Part shown: piece after piece, positions 63,207-64,000 of the stretch | Position numbering within the stretch: position 1 is the stretch's first letter | Layout: each line of letters opens with the position of its first letter | From: an uncultured Spirochaetota bacterium | GTDB lineage: Bacteria > Spirochaetota > Spirochaetia > SZUA-6 > Fen-1364 | Reading direction: 5' to 3' | DNA: 64,000 nucleotides | Assembly: GCA_963820525.1 (NCBI GenBank) | Contig: CAWGAA010000001.1 | Location: 2,624,001-2,688,000, forward strand | Notes under the pieces: model-generated | The model's input: only the letters and a program-made list of their open reading frames with translations | What the model was told of the DNA's origin: nothing | The model's database searches: none | Program-made: the position numbers and the translations under genes

Positions 63207-63222
63207 AGCAATCGGCGTGCCA
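63207..63222 (-). promoter_or_regulatory. sigma54 -24/-12 promoter TGGCACGCCGATTGCT
   Basis: Exact TGGCAC-N5-TTGC consensus about 46 nt upstream of the amtB ATG. Confidence 0.88.
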
Positions 63223-63480
63223 AGAGGGCATGGGGCACCTGCGCTGACGTGGGCCCCGGGACTGGAAGCCCTGTTTCCATGGGATCTTACTGGGTTTTTT
63301 CAGGGCAAGAGCTGAAAAGCACCCGCAATCAGGGAAGGGAACAGTCGATAATGAAGCCACTATTTTCCTACATATGGTAGCCCAAATACCAACTTATTAC
63401 TTAGATGTAGCTTTGCTGAATTTCCTTGAAATTACTCTATCTTCTAATATTATAACATTTCATTTGGGAATTAGAATAAT

Positions 63481-64000
63481 ATGACACCAGACCGTAAAGA
63501 GAAAATCCTGCTTGCAGCAAAAACATGCTTTTCAAAATATGGCTTTGACAAAACCACTCTCGATGACATCGGCGAAATGGTTGGGATGAATAAAGTTTCT
63601 CTCTATTACTATTTCAAAAACAAGGAAACCATTTTTACCGAAGTGGCAATCCGGGAAGCAGATGAGAATAGCGCAATTCTGATAGACAGGGTCCAAGCCA
63701 TTCAGGGCTGCAAGGCAAAACTCATGACCTGGATCGAAGAGGGTTTCAAGTTCAACCACGCCAACAGCCTCATCCATCAGCTCACTCTGGACACTTTGAA
63801 GAAGCTGACACCCCAACTGGAAGAGCTCAAGGCCTCTGCTTTTAAAAAGGGAGTAGTATATCTTACAGCGATTCTAAAATCAGGACAGGAGAATAACGAA
63901 CTTATCGACTGCGATATCCAGAAAGTTGCCCAGACAATCCAGACCGTCATCTATGCCATCAAAGAATCCACCTATATGCGGGCCAAAGCGGTGATCAACG
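63481..64000 (+). CDS. TetR/AcrR family regulator, 3'-truncated by the window edge
   Basis: Translated by eye: MTPDRKEKILLAAKTCFSKYGFDKTTLDDIGEMVGMNKVSLYYYFKNKETIF; AT-rich. Confidence 0.92.
   Translation, partial: MTPDRKEKILLAAKTCFSKYGFDKTTLDDIGEMVGMNKVSLYYYFKNKETIFTEVAIREADENSAILIDRVQAIQGCKAKLMTWIEEGFKFNHANSLIHQLTLDTLKKLTPQLEELKASAFKKGVVYLTAILKSGQENNELIDCDIQKVAQTIQTVIYAIKESTYMRAKAVIN

Overview
GC-rich bacterial chromosome segment, most likely from a spirochaete (Spirochaetia). This rests on the Treponema-type GAPDH, the lipoprotein signal peptides and the pyrG-lptCAB-rpoN-hpf-hprK-ptsH-ntrYX-lexA-holA gene string. The core block (about 24.5-48.7 kb, plus 10-15 kb) is housekeeping, with tRNA-Ala(CGC) and tRNA-Leu(CAG). 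Accessory content comprises five elements: (i) a pair encoding a beta-barrel/transglutaminase-like/TPR protein and a large FN3/LVIVD lipoprotein, whose 3' end runs into a perfect 30-bp-arm palindrome; (ii) a GT2 + GT-C/GT2 fusion + unknown + B12-radical-SAM cluster, a candidate new glycolipid or glycan modification pathway; (iii) an intact IS1380-family element with clear inverted repeats and a 4-bp target duplication splitting a GDSL lipoprotein gene; (iv) a mosaic, partly decayed region 3' of tRNA-Leu containing orphan genes and several gene fragments; (v) a sigma54-type promoter upstream of amtB-PII. Several 1-2 nt frameshifts could be real or sequencing errors. No CRISPR array, rRNA, integrase or recognisable defence system was seen. 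All family calls come from motif recognition by eye, not database searches.
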